64,000 nucleotides of DNA. It comes from Pseudomonadota bacterium. Its GTDB lineage: Bacteria > Myxococcota_A > UBA9042. Within the stretch, counting starts at the first letter, position 1. Every line of letters begins with the position of its first letter. Under the pieces are notes generated by a model that was not told the origin of the DNA, did no database searches, and saw only the letters and a list, made by a program, of their open reading frames with translations. Made by a program: the position numbers and the translations under genes. The stretch covers positions 3,757-67,756 of the forward strand of contig SXRM01000249.1 of assembly GCA_005792545.1 (NCBI GenBank). Reading direction: 5' to 3'. Shown here piece by piece: positions 10,501 to 19,768 of the stretch.

Positions 10501-12329
10501 TCGCAACCGTCGTCCGTGCACGGGTTGTCGTCTTTGCACTGCAGCGCCTGGCCCTGCTGGCACACCTTTTGGGCGCACGCATCGCCGACCGTGCAGGCAT
10601 CGCCGTCGTCGCAGGCCGACACGTTGGCCTGGTTCTGACAGCCGGCCTTGGGGTCGCAGCTGTCGTTGGTGCACGGGTTTTTGTCGTCGCACACCACTGT
10701 TTCGCCCTGGCAGGCCCCTTCTTTGCACGCATCGGCGTTGGTGCAGGCCGTCTCGTCGTTGCAGGGGGCCGTGTTGTTGGTATAGGCGCACTTGCCGGCC
10801 TTGGCGTCGCAGGCGTCGTCGGTGCAGGGGTTGCTGTCTTTGCAGACCAACGGCTGGCCTTTGGCGCAGGCTTTGGTGGCACACTCCTCGCCGGTGGTGC
10901 AGGGGTCGCCGTCGTCGCAGGCGGCGGTGTTGGCGGCGTTGACGCAGCCTTCCTTGGCGTCACAGCTGTCGTTGGTGCACGGGTTCTTGTCGTCACAGGC
11001 GGTCGGCGTGCCCTCGCACACGCCATCGGCGCAGGTGTCCGCCGCGGTACATGCGGTGCCGTCGTCGCAGGGTGAGCCGTCTTTTTTCTTCTTGTACGAG
11101 CAGTTGCCGCTCTCGATGTCGCAGTTTGCAGATACGCACACGTCGGGCGGTGTGCAGACCTTGGGCGCGCCGTTCTTGCATTGACCGGCCTGGCAGACGT
11201 CGCCGACCGTACACGGGTTTTGGTCGCTGCACGGCACATTGTCGTCCGCGGTCTGGGTGCAGCCTTTGGCCGGGTCGCAGGCGTCCTTGGTGCAGGCGTT
11301 GTTGTCGTTGCATGCCTTGACGGGCCCAGCCACGCACTTGCCGTCTTTGCATGCATCGTTCTCCGTGCACACGCTGCCGTCGGCGTCGCAAGGGCCGTCT
11401 TTGGGCGCGTGGATGCACAGCTTGGCCGCGGCGTCGCAGCTGTCGTTGGTGCAGGCGCTTTTGTCGTCGCAGGCGCTCTCGTCGGTCTGGCCGTCGCAGT
11501 CGTCGTCCTGGCCGTTGCAGGTCTCCGCCTTGACCTCTGGCACCGAGCAGGCCGACAGTCCCTGGTCCGAGCAGATCCGCTGGCCGTGGCATTTGCCGAC
11601 CACGCCGCCCTTGTCGTCTTTGATGAACTGGTAGCAGGCTGTCGTCAGCTTCTGCTGCGCCGCCCACGCCGAGCAGTCGCAGGTGCCAAAGGCACTCGGA
11701 TCGCCCTCCTTGGTCTTGCGGACACACTGCTTGGTGGCGGCGCCCTCGACCGAGGTCACCGACTGGCAGCCGTAGCCCGCGTCACAGTCGCTGTCGGCGG
11801 AGCAGGCGATGCCGCAAAACCGGCCCTGCTGGCCCTGGTCCACGCACACGGCGTCCTTGAGGCCCAGCGACTCGCACTGGGTCGACTTGTCGCAGGGGTC
11901 GCACAGCCGGCCGAACTTGGGCACGCACACGGTCGCGATGTCGCCGCCGGCGCCGGGGATCGCCGCGCATTTCCAGCCCGCTTTGCACTCGGTGACGCAC
12001 GGCGTCACGCACTGCTTCTGGGCGTCTGGGCCGAGGATGCAGAGACCCGTGTCGCACTCGGCGTTGTCCTTGCACGGGCAGCCGGCCGCACCAGGGCACG
12101 CGATCTTGACCTCGGGCAGATCCGGCAAGGTCGCGACGTCGCCCGAGTCGCCGCCACTGGCCGCGTCGGGGTCGCCGCCCACCGAGCTATCACCGCCGGC
12201 GGTGGCCGCGTCACTCGCTCCAGCTGCCGCGGCCGGGTTGGCCGTTTCCTCGCAGCTGGCGAGCAGCCACGTCACGGCGGCAAGGCTGCCTAGCCGACGC
12301 CAAAGTACCGGGCCCAATCGCACCGCCAT
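7557..12329 (-). CDS. Giant Cys-rich repeat lipoprotein with C-terminal parallel beta-helix-like region
   Basis: GGGAGGGG RBS, lipobox LLAS-C, acidic D/A/G linker, one ETCNGQDDDCDGQTDE (MopE-type putative metal-binding) motif, dozens of CDDxNxCTxDxC repeats, then a TIYVSG...ETYPIVL (DUF1565-like) region and beta-helix-like repeats. Confidence 0.85.
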   Translation of the reverse strand: MAVRLGPVLWRRLGSLAAVTWLLASCEETANPAAAAGASDAATAGGDSSVGGDPDAASGGDSGDVATLPDLPEVKIACPGAAGCPCKDNAECDTGLCILGPDAQKQCVTPCVTECKAGWKCAAIPGAGGDIATVCVPKFGRLCDPCDKSTQCESLGLKDAVCVDQGQQGRFCGIACSADSDCDAGYGCQSVTSVEGAATKQCVRKTKEGDPSAFGTCDCSAWAAQQKLTTACYQFIKDDKGGVVGKCHGQRICSDQGLSACSVPEVKAETCNGQDDDCDGQTDESACDDKSACTNDSCDAAAKLCIHAPKDGPCDADGSVCTENDACKDGKCVAGPVKACNDNNACTKDACDPAKGCTQTADDNVPCSDQNPCTVGDVCQAGQCKNGAPKVCTPPDVCVSANCDIESGNCSYKKKKDGSPCDDGTACTAADTCADGVCEGTPTACDDKNPCTNDSCDAKEGCVNAANTAACDDGDPCTTGEECATKACAKGQPLVCKDSNPCTDDACDAKAGKCAYTNNTAPCNDETACTNADACKEGACQGETVVCDDKNPCTNDSCDPKAGCQNQANVSACDDGDACTVGDACAQKVCQQGQALQCKDDNPCTDDGCDAKIGKCAYPFNTAACSDGTVCTAGDTCKDGACQGQVVVCDDKNACTVDNCDAKSGCVNAPTGGPCDDGNACSDNDTCKDKVCAGTAKAKDGCDDSNPCTDDSCDSKTGCVHANNTLACDDNNACTVKDTCAAGSCKGGSDICKCNTDADCAAGNTGNPCNGTLFCDKAVAPYSCKTKPGSVITCTGSTPCVQVACDPKLAKCAPTNVNEGGTCNADNSKCTPDDKCVSGQCKPLGSLSCDDKNPCTNDTCNTIQGCQHAYNSNTCDADGDLCTAGDKCTNGTCLPGAKKACTDNNPCTLDVCDPKTALCQFVPMADGATCSDNNACTESDACTKGTCGGTAKNCNDGNVCTDDKCSNGVCQPLPAVGSPPCDDGNICSVFDACASGTCKGKAKCDDGAVCTDDQCESGTGKCSSVAKVCDDGNPCTTDACDPALGGCNAVPSKDGPLGDMLCDYEDSCAQGFEGCKGGSKACVFGTPKLNSEGTACGANTGTCKAGVCSCGTGKVMATGVCTSCPAFPAGKTIYVSGSLAVGTDNLCCGRTKNASTLGGYCNTVAQALAVLDAQTDKVGWKILVTGDAASTMSLKETYPIVLRHGVQLAHISGTPCFPGKTGLTTLTAQGSALHYVTSLRFGGCTGASAKPSIGVDVPAGTLVRLHDVEVVGAAVGARVRGTLEPYFGGVHLVGGSIGLRVDGGKVMYGSSTGYEVWLDGNDIGMLCRTDSGTAQSTAGAYFRVTGKGSIGIWASTNCVFTPTTSSYFGISSTSTGTACGNKVLTEGLRADSNAVVTLSGLVAGCTLGDTIALRNNPAYSVNNPQVSLSSSHIRNAGCAGVYVEAGKLSGNTNIIRNSHWGLVYRSALASGAAPVTLNGVASATTKHNKFYCNSKAEPGNCCTPENCPDGYQVWNNSGQKLDLNYNEWVDAPIVQHNCDANLQSCTCVAATTCPDTPPDGAKVVNSPYAQGTPSASTDGYSLMVSKPVCK

Positions 12330-12600
12330 GACCCCTCCCGCTGGGCGTTCGGCCGGGGGAATGCCGGTCGCCCACGTCACGTACGGCGCGCAGCATAGCG
12401 GGGGCGGGGGCTGGGCTCAATTGGACATTTGCGGTGGACGATTTACGCGCTGCGGTTGGTGTGACTGCGCAAAAAGAACTAGCTGTTCGCTGGCAGCGAC
12501 GACCTACACGGTGCTCGCCACCTGCATCGTCGTCGGGGGCGATCCGCGTGGGAGTATCTGCACGCCATGCTGCCCGTGCTGGCAGCAGGCGCGGACTGGT

Positions 12601-12864
12601 TCACGTCACCCGCTCTGCGGCGAGCGCTGGGCTGGCAACAGAATCGTCGTAGAGCGTTTCTGGCGCAACGTCGATGCCGCCGGGCCAGACAACCGTGCCG
12701 TATGCGACCGCAACGCGACTGAACAAGTCGTCGACAAGCAAGCGATTCCAAGGCTTGAGAGCAACCAGCGGCCGCATGTCAAAGTAGCGGATCTCGCCGT
12801 TGGCATAGTGCAATTGCAACTGGTGCTCGGGCATGGCGTGTACTGCTGTGATCTCTAAACGCAT
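12601..12864 (-). CDS. DUF2442-family antitoxin (DhiA-like)
   Basis: MRLEITAVHAMPEHQLQLHYANGEIRYFDMRP...GTVVWPGGIDVAPETLY; adjacent to a DUF4160 gene. Confidence 0.85.
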   Translation of the reverse strand: MRLEITAVHAMPEHQLQLHYANGEIRYFDMRPLVALKPWNRLLVDDLFSRVAVAYGTVVWPGGIDVAPETLYDDSVASPALAAERVT

Positions 12865-12871
12865 GCCGCCT

Positions 12872-13139
12872 TCACTGCAGCGGCGCAATGCGCAGCGGTT
12901 CATCGCCGTTGACGGCAAGGCCCCAATCGACGACCAGTTCTTCGCGGTGGATCTCGATCCACGCTTGCACCAGCTTGCGCTGCTTCGCTGGCAATTCGCC
13001 ATCCAGCACGGCACCGTCTTCAATCGCAAAGACAGCTTCATCGCCTTGATAGCGGGCGTGAATGTGAGGTGCATGATGCCGCCGGTTGTCGCGGTGGTAT
13101 AAGCACCAAGATGCCGTAGAACAAACTGATTGTCGGCAC
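12872..13139 (-). pseudogene. DUF4160-family toxin (DhiT-like), frameshifted
   Basis: GTG 13139 opens VPTISLFYGILVL. The HHAPHIHARYQG...WIEIHREEL half lies in another frame. Junction CTT-A-TAC near 13100 fits a 2-nt loss from CTT ATG TAC. Confidence 0.8.
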
Positions 13140-13479
13140 TGTTTGCCACCGTGGTCGCGCTCTGGCGCGAGCTCGCTCGGCCGCCGCACCGTCGCGGGGC
13201 GGGCTCTGGGCAATTGTCGGTCGCCAGTTGCCGCTGTTCAAGATCGCGGGTCCGACGACTTTCCGTTGCTCGCGCCACTGTGCCATGCGCATGGGACAAC
13301 TGTGTTTGGCGCCGCAGTCGCCCCGCCAAGCACCAATCGCCGCCGGATGTCGCCAGTGAATTCTTCCAATTCGGTGTCGCCTCATCCGCGCAGTGCTTTC
13401 GCCACATCTTCCCGAGCAACGCCGATAGCATGGGGTCTGGTCAAGAACACTCGGGCGCAACATCCAGCCGATTGCCATG

Positions 13480-14520
13480 CTACCGCAAGTCACTGTACGG
13501 CCTTTGAATGATGCGGCCGGTGATTTCGCCGGCGATGAGGGCGAGGAACTGTTGCGGCGTTGCTCGGAGGTACTCTTTCGGCAGCCAGGCGCTGTGGCCG
13601 TCGAGCAGCGCGCGCCAGTCTTTTGGGTGGTAGCGGGCCGGCGAGCTCAAGGCCAACGAGATCGCGTAGTTCATGGTGATCTGTGACCATGGCACTGGTG
13701 GATGATCTGCCCGGCGCACGTAGTAGGCCAAACGGTCATACAGCGAAATGAGGTCAAATAGCCTGCGGTGCTTTTGGTGAAAATCGCTGAAGTACTTCGC
13801 GTTGGCGACATCACCGTCGCTGATCGTCGCAAGTGTTCGGACGACGAGTTTTCCATCAGCGGTCGCGTGTTAGCCGAGCAGGCGACTTGGCAATGCCGCA
13901 GACGACAACGCTGAGACTGCGTGCTTCGCGACCTCTGCTTCGAAGTACAGAGTCCCTGCCGTTGGCTTTAGCCGGACGGGACCGTGCAGCGTCACACAGC
14001 GCTCTTTGGCTCCGGTTCGCGATGTCTGCCAGGCCCGATGGGTCCACGGGATGCTGGCGACCAACTCCTCAAGGTCAACATCCGCCGCAGTGTCACCCAT
14101 GGCGCTGCACAGTGCTTGAAAGACTCCCGGGGTCTCCTGCGCAAGGCGACCGGGCAGGGGATCCGACGGCCCAGTGGCGACGGGCATTGGCAGCCTGTAG
14201 CTAAGGCCGTGAACGCGAAAGTTGGCGCTGGGACCCGATTGCCGCAATACGATCAACGCCTTTGATGCATTCAGGATCATGTAGTAGAGGTGCAATGGGT
14301 GGGCTTCGTAGCTTTCGCCGGCCAGGTTTGCTGCGAAGCGCTGAGCCTGCCGCCAGTATTCGTGGCTGTCGCTGTTGTGGTGGCCGTTGGCGAGGAACCA
14401 ATGCTCAAAAAACGCCCAGACGTCGGCGGCCAAGACGGCGACGTCCAGAGCGGGTCTCGATCCAAGTTGCAGGTCGACCGGTCGGCCGGTGTGCTCAAAG
14501 TGGTCTGACGATGTGCTCAT
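13480..14520 (-). pseudogene. YaaC-like protein interrupted by an in-frame TAA
   Basis: PLHLYYMILNASKAL, HGLSY and LSSPARYHPKDW motifs. ORFs 13870-14604 and 13480-13731 share a frame and are joined by open codons apart from TAA at 13870-13872. Confidence 0.7.
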
Positions 14521-14570
14521 CTTTTGCGTCTCATATTCACGATGATATTCAATCTGTTTTGGCTCGTGAT

Positions 14571-15885
14571 CTACCCCACTATCTTGCGCTGGACGACTGG
14601 CCAAATAAGTGCCACCGTGTTCATCGACAAGCCTGTCTCTTCAATAAGTTGCCGATTGGTGAGGCGCTTACCTGCATTCGCAAGCCTTTTTGGCAGCCGA
14701 CTCGACTGCCAATTCGTTTGCCCTCCGCACTGACTCGTTGGCAGCGAGGGCCGCCTGTTGCACCGAAGTCGGCCCCGGTCGCCAGACCGCCAGTCGCCGA
14801 ATCTCGGCGAGGATACCCTCGCGTTGCGTTGGATCCAGCCACGCCGCGCTGTGGCCATTGTGCTTTGCGCGCAGCCACTCGAGGAGCAGCAATTCACGGT
14901 CGGTCGGCGCTAGATAACCAACGAAAAACAGGTAAAACGCCACACCGCGCAGCGCCTCGTTGCGCGAGCCCGGCCGGTCGAGGCCAACCTGGTAGCGGCG
15001 CTCCCCGTCGCGGAACCGTGCCAATGCAGAGGTCTCGAACGGCGGCTTACCCTTCTTGGCGGCGTTGCGGTCGTAGCGGTACACCAAGCCACGCTGCAGG
15101 TGCAGGTCTGTTGCGTTGAGCAGGCCGGCAGTGGCCTTGGGCGGTGGCACCAGCTTAGGCGGCCGGCCCCGCCGCATTTGGGCGACGTGCGACGACGGTG
15201 TGAGGGCCGCTGCTTCGCCGACAAGTCGAGACGCTGGCACGGCGGTGTCCGTGACCCATTGCTCCAAAGCCAACAGGTTGCCGGCAACGTCCTCGGCTCG
15301 GAACTCGCGCAGCACCGCGCCGTCTACCGGCGACAGCCACGCAAAGCCGGCCTGACAGGGCAACCGAAAGGCCTGGCGGGCGTGTTGTGGGTCGGGGGTA
15401 ACCTCGCATACGCCGTTTTCGAAACGAGCAATGCCGGCGTCTTGCGCGAGTTGGCGCAGCAGCGCGTGCATGTCCGCGCTGGCCACGAAATCGTCTGCCA
15501 CAGGTACACGTGCCAGCCGCCGGATTGCGACGAGCGGCATAAGGTCAGGCGCAGATCGCGGGCCTTGGCTGCGGCGTCAAGGGTGGTGAAGGTGGCGAGC
15601 GTCCGGTAGGGGCTGGTGGCATCCAGGTCGATGGCGCCGAAGCGGGTGCGGTCGGTGAAGCGCAGGGCGAGCAGTTGCGGGCCGCGCGAAGATGCGCTGG
15701 ATGCGTAGGCGGCCAAGATGCGCGGCGCCGTGTAATAGCCGAAGCGGGTGCCCCATTTGGTGCGGTTTTCAGGGGTTGGCGAGCCTTGGACACCGTGCGC
15801 GGGGGGGAAAGAGGGCGAGGGCCTCGGCGGCCGCGGTTGGGGCTGGGACCATTGTCGTTGGTTGAACCGCCGGATGGTTAGCCAT
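14571..15885 (-). pseudogene. Plasmid-type AEP primase-like replication protein with C-terminal HTH, three frameshifts
   Basis: LALRF..RTRFGAIDLD (DxD), RSSQSGGWHVY, CEVTP..AFRLPCQ, terminal TNRQLIEETGLSMNTV HTH. Frame changes at the G7 run 15801-15807, near 15498 and at the T5 run near 14687-14691. Confidence 0.6.
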
Positions 15886-15957
15886 GACCGACACCGCCGG
15901 CGCACTGACCGACCGCCATCTGGTGCAGGATCGGCGCATGGGCGAAGGTACATTGCG

Positions 15958-18627
15958 TCATTCTGACGGTCCACACGGCGAGGGCATATTGGGCGCTCCG
16001 GGTTTCGGCGCGGGGACCGGCGCCCCTTTCGGAAGTTGCCGCCGAGCCGCAATCAAGCCTAGCCATTCCTTGAGTTCCGCGACGTCGCGGTGGACCGTCG
16101 CGAGTTCGGGCAACCGTTGGCCGATTTCCCGCGGTTGCGAGTGCTCGTAGCACGAATACTCGGTCATCAGGCGGTCCAACAAGATACAATCGGTCAGGTC
16201 AATGGCCGCTAAGCCTGCGAGCTTGTTCTTGGTCTGTACTTCGCGACGAAATCGCACGACGACACCGTCAAGTAGGTGATCTTCGACCGTTCGCTCCACG
16301 AGAATTCTGAAATCACTGCAAATCGCTTTGACTGCTGACTGATAGCTGCCGATATCCCCAGCCTCAAGCTCCTTTCTCGCCCTGACGAGTCGCTCGTTCA
16401 GCAGGGCATTCAACGCCTTGTCAACTTTGCCCTCAAGAACATTCGTCTCGGTCACCAGGCCAACGAGGCCCTCAACGTTTCGCAGCGCGATTTCCCGGCA
16501 CACCACTTTGGGCGTATCCGGTGCGACCAGCCCTGAGGTCTCTTGCTTTTTCGCTGCCTCGCGTACGGCAGCCAGAAACGACAGCCTGTGCGTGAGGACA
16601 ATCACCTGGCGCGCCTGCGCCAGTTCGACCAGCCTAGCCACCACGCGCTCCTCAAACTCTTGATCCAGCGACGAAATCGGGTCATCGAACACGAACGGCG
16701 ACCGCGAGTTCGCCACCGTCAGGTCCGCCAGAAACGTCGCCAGCGCCACAATTCTGGCCTCGCCCTCGCTCAACACGTCCGCAACCTTGGCGGGCTGTTT
16801 CGCGTCGACAAGCGCCAAGTGGAACAGTACCTTGCCCTTCGTCCGCTCCTTGACGTCCGGCCGCACCTTCAAGCGCCCACCGCCGAGCTTGGTCAACTCG
16901 GCCGCAAATCGTTCAACGTAGCCCTTTTCAACCTCAACTGTGGCGAGCTCCGCTTTCTTTTCAGTCATCTTCCGCGTGCCACATAGCTTCCTCGCCGCCT
17001 CAAGGTCTCGCACGGCGGCCAAGCGCTTCAGCTCCGCCTCAAACGCCGCAATATTGCTAAACGCCCACTCCTTTGTCTTGAGTTCGTTGAGTTCGCTGAT
17101 CAGGGCCTCGTGTTGACTGGGTGCCGCTGCCGCTTCAAGGGCTTGGATCTCGGTCTTCTTGTTCGCAATGTGCAGCCCAATCGCCGTCGCCAGCGGCGCA
17201 AGGCCCAACGGCGACAGTTCAGTCGCCGAGGCGATTGTGCCGGTCGACTTGAACCGTGCGTCGATTGCCGCAAGTGCCGTGTCCAGAGCGCCCTCGGAAA
17301 TCGCAATTACGTTGTATCGGGCCAACCAATCGGCGCGTTCAGGTGGCGCGGGAATGGCCGACACGAGGGCCTTGAGGGTCTCCTCGGCCTTTTTCGCCTT
17401 CACTTCCAGTTGGCAACCTACATATTCCTCGAACCTGTACATCCGCTCGGCCGCATCCGCGGCTATGGGCTGCTGGCATAGTGGGCACTGCGCGTCGGTA
17501 CCAACATGCGGGAACGAGCATTCCGGATAGGCGGATTTGGACGAGTACTCCCGCGCGGCTTCCCACATGGCGCGCCAACTCGCTTCCCCAATGCCGGGCA
17601 GGGTTGGTGGCTCGAATACCACTTTTGCCAGATCCTGGGCCGCCTGCCGGGCAACCATAGCTGCCGTGCGCGCGCCTGCGACGGCTGTCATGGCTTCGTC
17701 GGAATACGTCGAAGCCGTCGTGTCGTGCGTCCTTTTTAGCTGCTCCATCGTTGCGAGCAACTTCTTCTGCTTCGCCAACTGCTCAGCCGGATTGGGCTGC
17801 TTCAGCGCGTCCTCGAGGCTCAGCCTGCGCGCCGTGTCGGCGTCGGTCCAAGCCAACTTCTGGGCGAGCTGCTCGTTGGTCATGCTGACCTTCAGGTTCT
17901 TCAGCCATTCTGCCAACCTCGTAGTGGCCAGTTGGGCGGGCGGCACGGGTTTGCGCCGGACTTGGTTCTCGACCCTGCGTTTGAGCTCGGCGTCCACTGC
18001 GTCTGCGATGTTCACCAAATGGGTAATAAACCGAAGCGCTCGCGGCTCGTAGGTCGCCTCCATCGCCTGCTGCAGGTACTGCTGGGCGACGTCGCTGTCA
18101 AAGATGTGTGCGCCGCGCAGGGCCTCGTGTGGCTCCGAGTCAGGCGTCCAAGTGTGCAGGCCTTCGGTGCCGTCGGCTTTACGCAGGCGAATTCCGCAGG
18201 ACCTTTCGGCGGTTGTGGTGTCGAAAACGTTGGAAAGAATTGGTTTTCCGGGTCGGTTGCCGGTGGCGTGTTTTAGAATTCGGGCGTAGCTGGACTTGCC
18301 GCTGCCGTTTTGGCCGTAGATGACCACCAGGTTGGCTTGGCCAAAGTCGAGTTTTGCTTTTTGGGTTAGCGCGTTGATGCCTGTCGGGGCTTGCAAACCA
18401 AGAATAGTCGAGCTGGACGCTGAGTCTTCTGTATTGAATGCAAAGGTCGCGTTCCCAGCCGTTGACTTATCGCCGTTGGCCGCCTCGGTGACGGCCATGT
18501 CCGCCAATGTACTCACCGCTTCGAGGTTGGGAGCGCGGCCCGACTTGAGCAGTTCGCTAGCTGCGTGCCGCAGCCAAGCGCTCATGCCAAGGTCGTCAGA
18601 TTGCACGGCATCGCAGTTGTCAGCCAT
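15958..18627 (-). CDS. RloC-like ABC/SMC ATPase with zinc hook and putative C-terminal HEPN-like nuclease
   Basis: Walker A GQNGSGKS, CPLCQQ hook within a coiled coil, LSEGE signature, FVFDDPISSLD Walker B, LTH loop, and a C-terminal R..VERTVE...YSCYEH domain. AGGAG RBS; lower GC3 than neighbouring genes. Confidence 0.7.
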   Translation of the reverse strand: MADNCDAVQSDDLGMSAWLRHAASELLKSGRAPNLEAVSTLADMAVTEAANGDKSTAGNATFAFNTEDSASSSTILGLQAPTGINALTQKAKLDFGQANLVVIYGQNGSGKSSYARILKHATGNRPGKPILSNVFDTTTAERSCGIRLRKADGTEGLHTWTPDSEPHEALRGAHIFDSDVAQQYLQQAMEATYEPRALRFITHLVNIADAVDAELKRRVENQVRRKPVPPAQLATTRLAEWLKNLKVSMTNEQLAQKLAWTDADTARRLSLEDALKQPNPAEQLAKQKKLLATMEQLKRTHDTTASTYSDEAMTAVAGARTAAMVARQAAQDLAKVVFEPPTLPGIGEASWRAMWEAAREYSSKSAYPECSFPHVGTDAQCPLCQQPIAADAAERMYRFEEYVGCQLEVKAKKAEETLKALVSAIPAPPERADWLARYNVIAISEGALDTALAAIDARFKSTGTIASATELSPLGLAPLATAIGLHIANKKTEIQALEAAAAPSQHEALISELNELKTKEWAFSNIAAFEAELKRLAAVRDLEAARKLCGTRKMTEKKAELATVEVEKGYVERFAAELTKLGGGRLKVRPDVKERTKGKVLFHLALVDAKQPAKVADVLSEGEARIVALATFLADLTVANSRSPFVFDDPISSLDQEFEERVVARLVELAQARQVIVLTHRLSFLAAVREAAKKQETSGLVAPDTPKVVCREIALRNVEGLVGLVTETNVLEGKVDKALNALLNERLVRARKELEAGDIGSYQSAVKAICSDFRILVERTVEDHLLDGVVVRFRREVQTKNKLAGLAAIDLTDCILLDRLMTEYSCYEHSQPREIGQRLPELATVHRDVAELKEWLGLIAARRQLPKGAPVPAPKPGAPNMPSPCGPSE

Positions 18628-18895
18628 ATCTCTCCTGCCTTCGTTGTCCGTTAGGCGTCAAGTGGCTGCCTGCCGGAGGCGATCAGACTGTGCTGCGGCG
18701 AAGCAGGAATCGGTCGCCGCGCCCAACTCGCTACGGCTGGGCGTGGAAATACAAGTAGGGTTTCGTCTCCAATTATTGCCCTCCCGGCCTTGCTTTCGAC
18801 GACCTTGAGCCGACCGTGCCCTTATTCCAGGCGTTCAAAGACGACCGTCTTTGGCACCGCGGTCGCCACTTAGCAGTGGGGCATGCCGCCAAGCC

Positions 18896-19597
18896 TCAAA
18901 ACCGCCGCCGGTTGATCTTCTCCCAGCGCCGCCGTTCGTGGCGCGACAGGTTCTGTGGCACCGCCGAAGGCATCTGGCCAATGCGGCCAAACTCGCTGGT
19001 ATCCATCGGCTCGCCAGGCGCCATTCGCGCGATGTAGTGGACGTTCATATCCGCGGCCGCTTGGGCGACCTTCCGCAGCTGGTCCTGCGTCTGCACGCTG
19101 ACTCGGACCGGGCACTTCGCCGTGCCGATCGCACCTGGCCGCAGTTGCGAACCGGGCGCCTCCTTGGCCTCGTGCTCCGTCGCCTTGAGCTGTGCGTGGC
19201 ATGGGTGCTCGGGATTGCGCACCGCGCGCTTGACCATTGCGTAGTGTTCTTCGAGCCTGTGGGCATAGGCGGTATCTTCGCTCAACATCGACTCGACGAG
19301 TTCAAGCAATGCCGGCGCGAACGCATCTGCCCGCTGCGTCGGGTCGACGTACGTCACCTCGTCGTTGGGGCCCAGGTCGCCATCCACAAACGCGTGGCTG
19401 ATCGTGGCGCAGCTGCTAGCGTGCCCTCGGCGCACGACCAACAGCGACACCCGCCGGCAATCGCAATCCGGCTTGGGGCAGTACATTTCGAGCAAGCCGT
19501 ACTCGCCGTCTGGGATCGAGTCGTTGCCGCGGATTGCGAACGTGCGAACCGTCGCGTCGGCGACTTGCGGTTCGATCTGGTTGAAAGGAACTAGCAT
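18896..19597 (-). CDS. Hypothetical protein with C-x4-CDC putative metal site
   Basis: EMYCPKPDCDCRRV motif and RLEEHY helix, a pattern I associate with SEC-C-linked hypotheticals. Confidence 0.65.
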   Translation of the reverse strand: MLVPFNQIEPQVADATVRTFAIRGNDSIPDGEYGLLEMYCPKPDCDCRRVSLLVVRRGHASSCATISHAFVDGDLGPNDEVTYVDPTQRADAFAPALLELVESMLSEDTAYAHRLEEHYAMVKRAVRNPEHPCHAQLKATEHEAKEAPGSQLRPGAIGTAKCPVRVSVQTQDQLRKVAQAAADMNVHYIARMAPGEPMDTSEFGRIGQMPSAVPQNLSRHERRRWEKINRRRF

Positions 19598-19768
19598 GGT
19601 GGCAAGCCGAAAGCGCCGCGGCCGGGCGCGGCCGGCGATGCTACAACTCGGCCCGGCGGCGTGCAAAGGCGCTCACGCCGTTGCTTTGTTGCAGATTCAC
19701 TTGGGCGGCCCGCACCCGCACGCTGGCAATGGCGCGCATTCAGGCTCGCACATCGCCTGACCCGCGGC

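Noticed and set aside
8457-11075. Long alternative-frame and antisense ORFs (872 aa here; also 50641-52428, 58334-60277 and many others)
   Set aside because: Shadow ORFs of GC-rich genes with strong third-position bias; no motifs, and they overlap well-supported CDSs.
18650-18727. GTTAGGC and GCCCAAC resembling integron attC core sites
   Set aside because: They are in the wrong order for an attC on either strand, there is no extended stem, and no integrase or second site is present.
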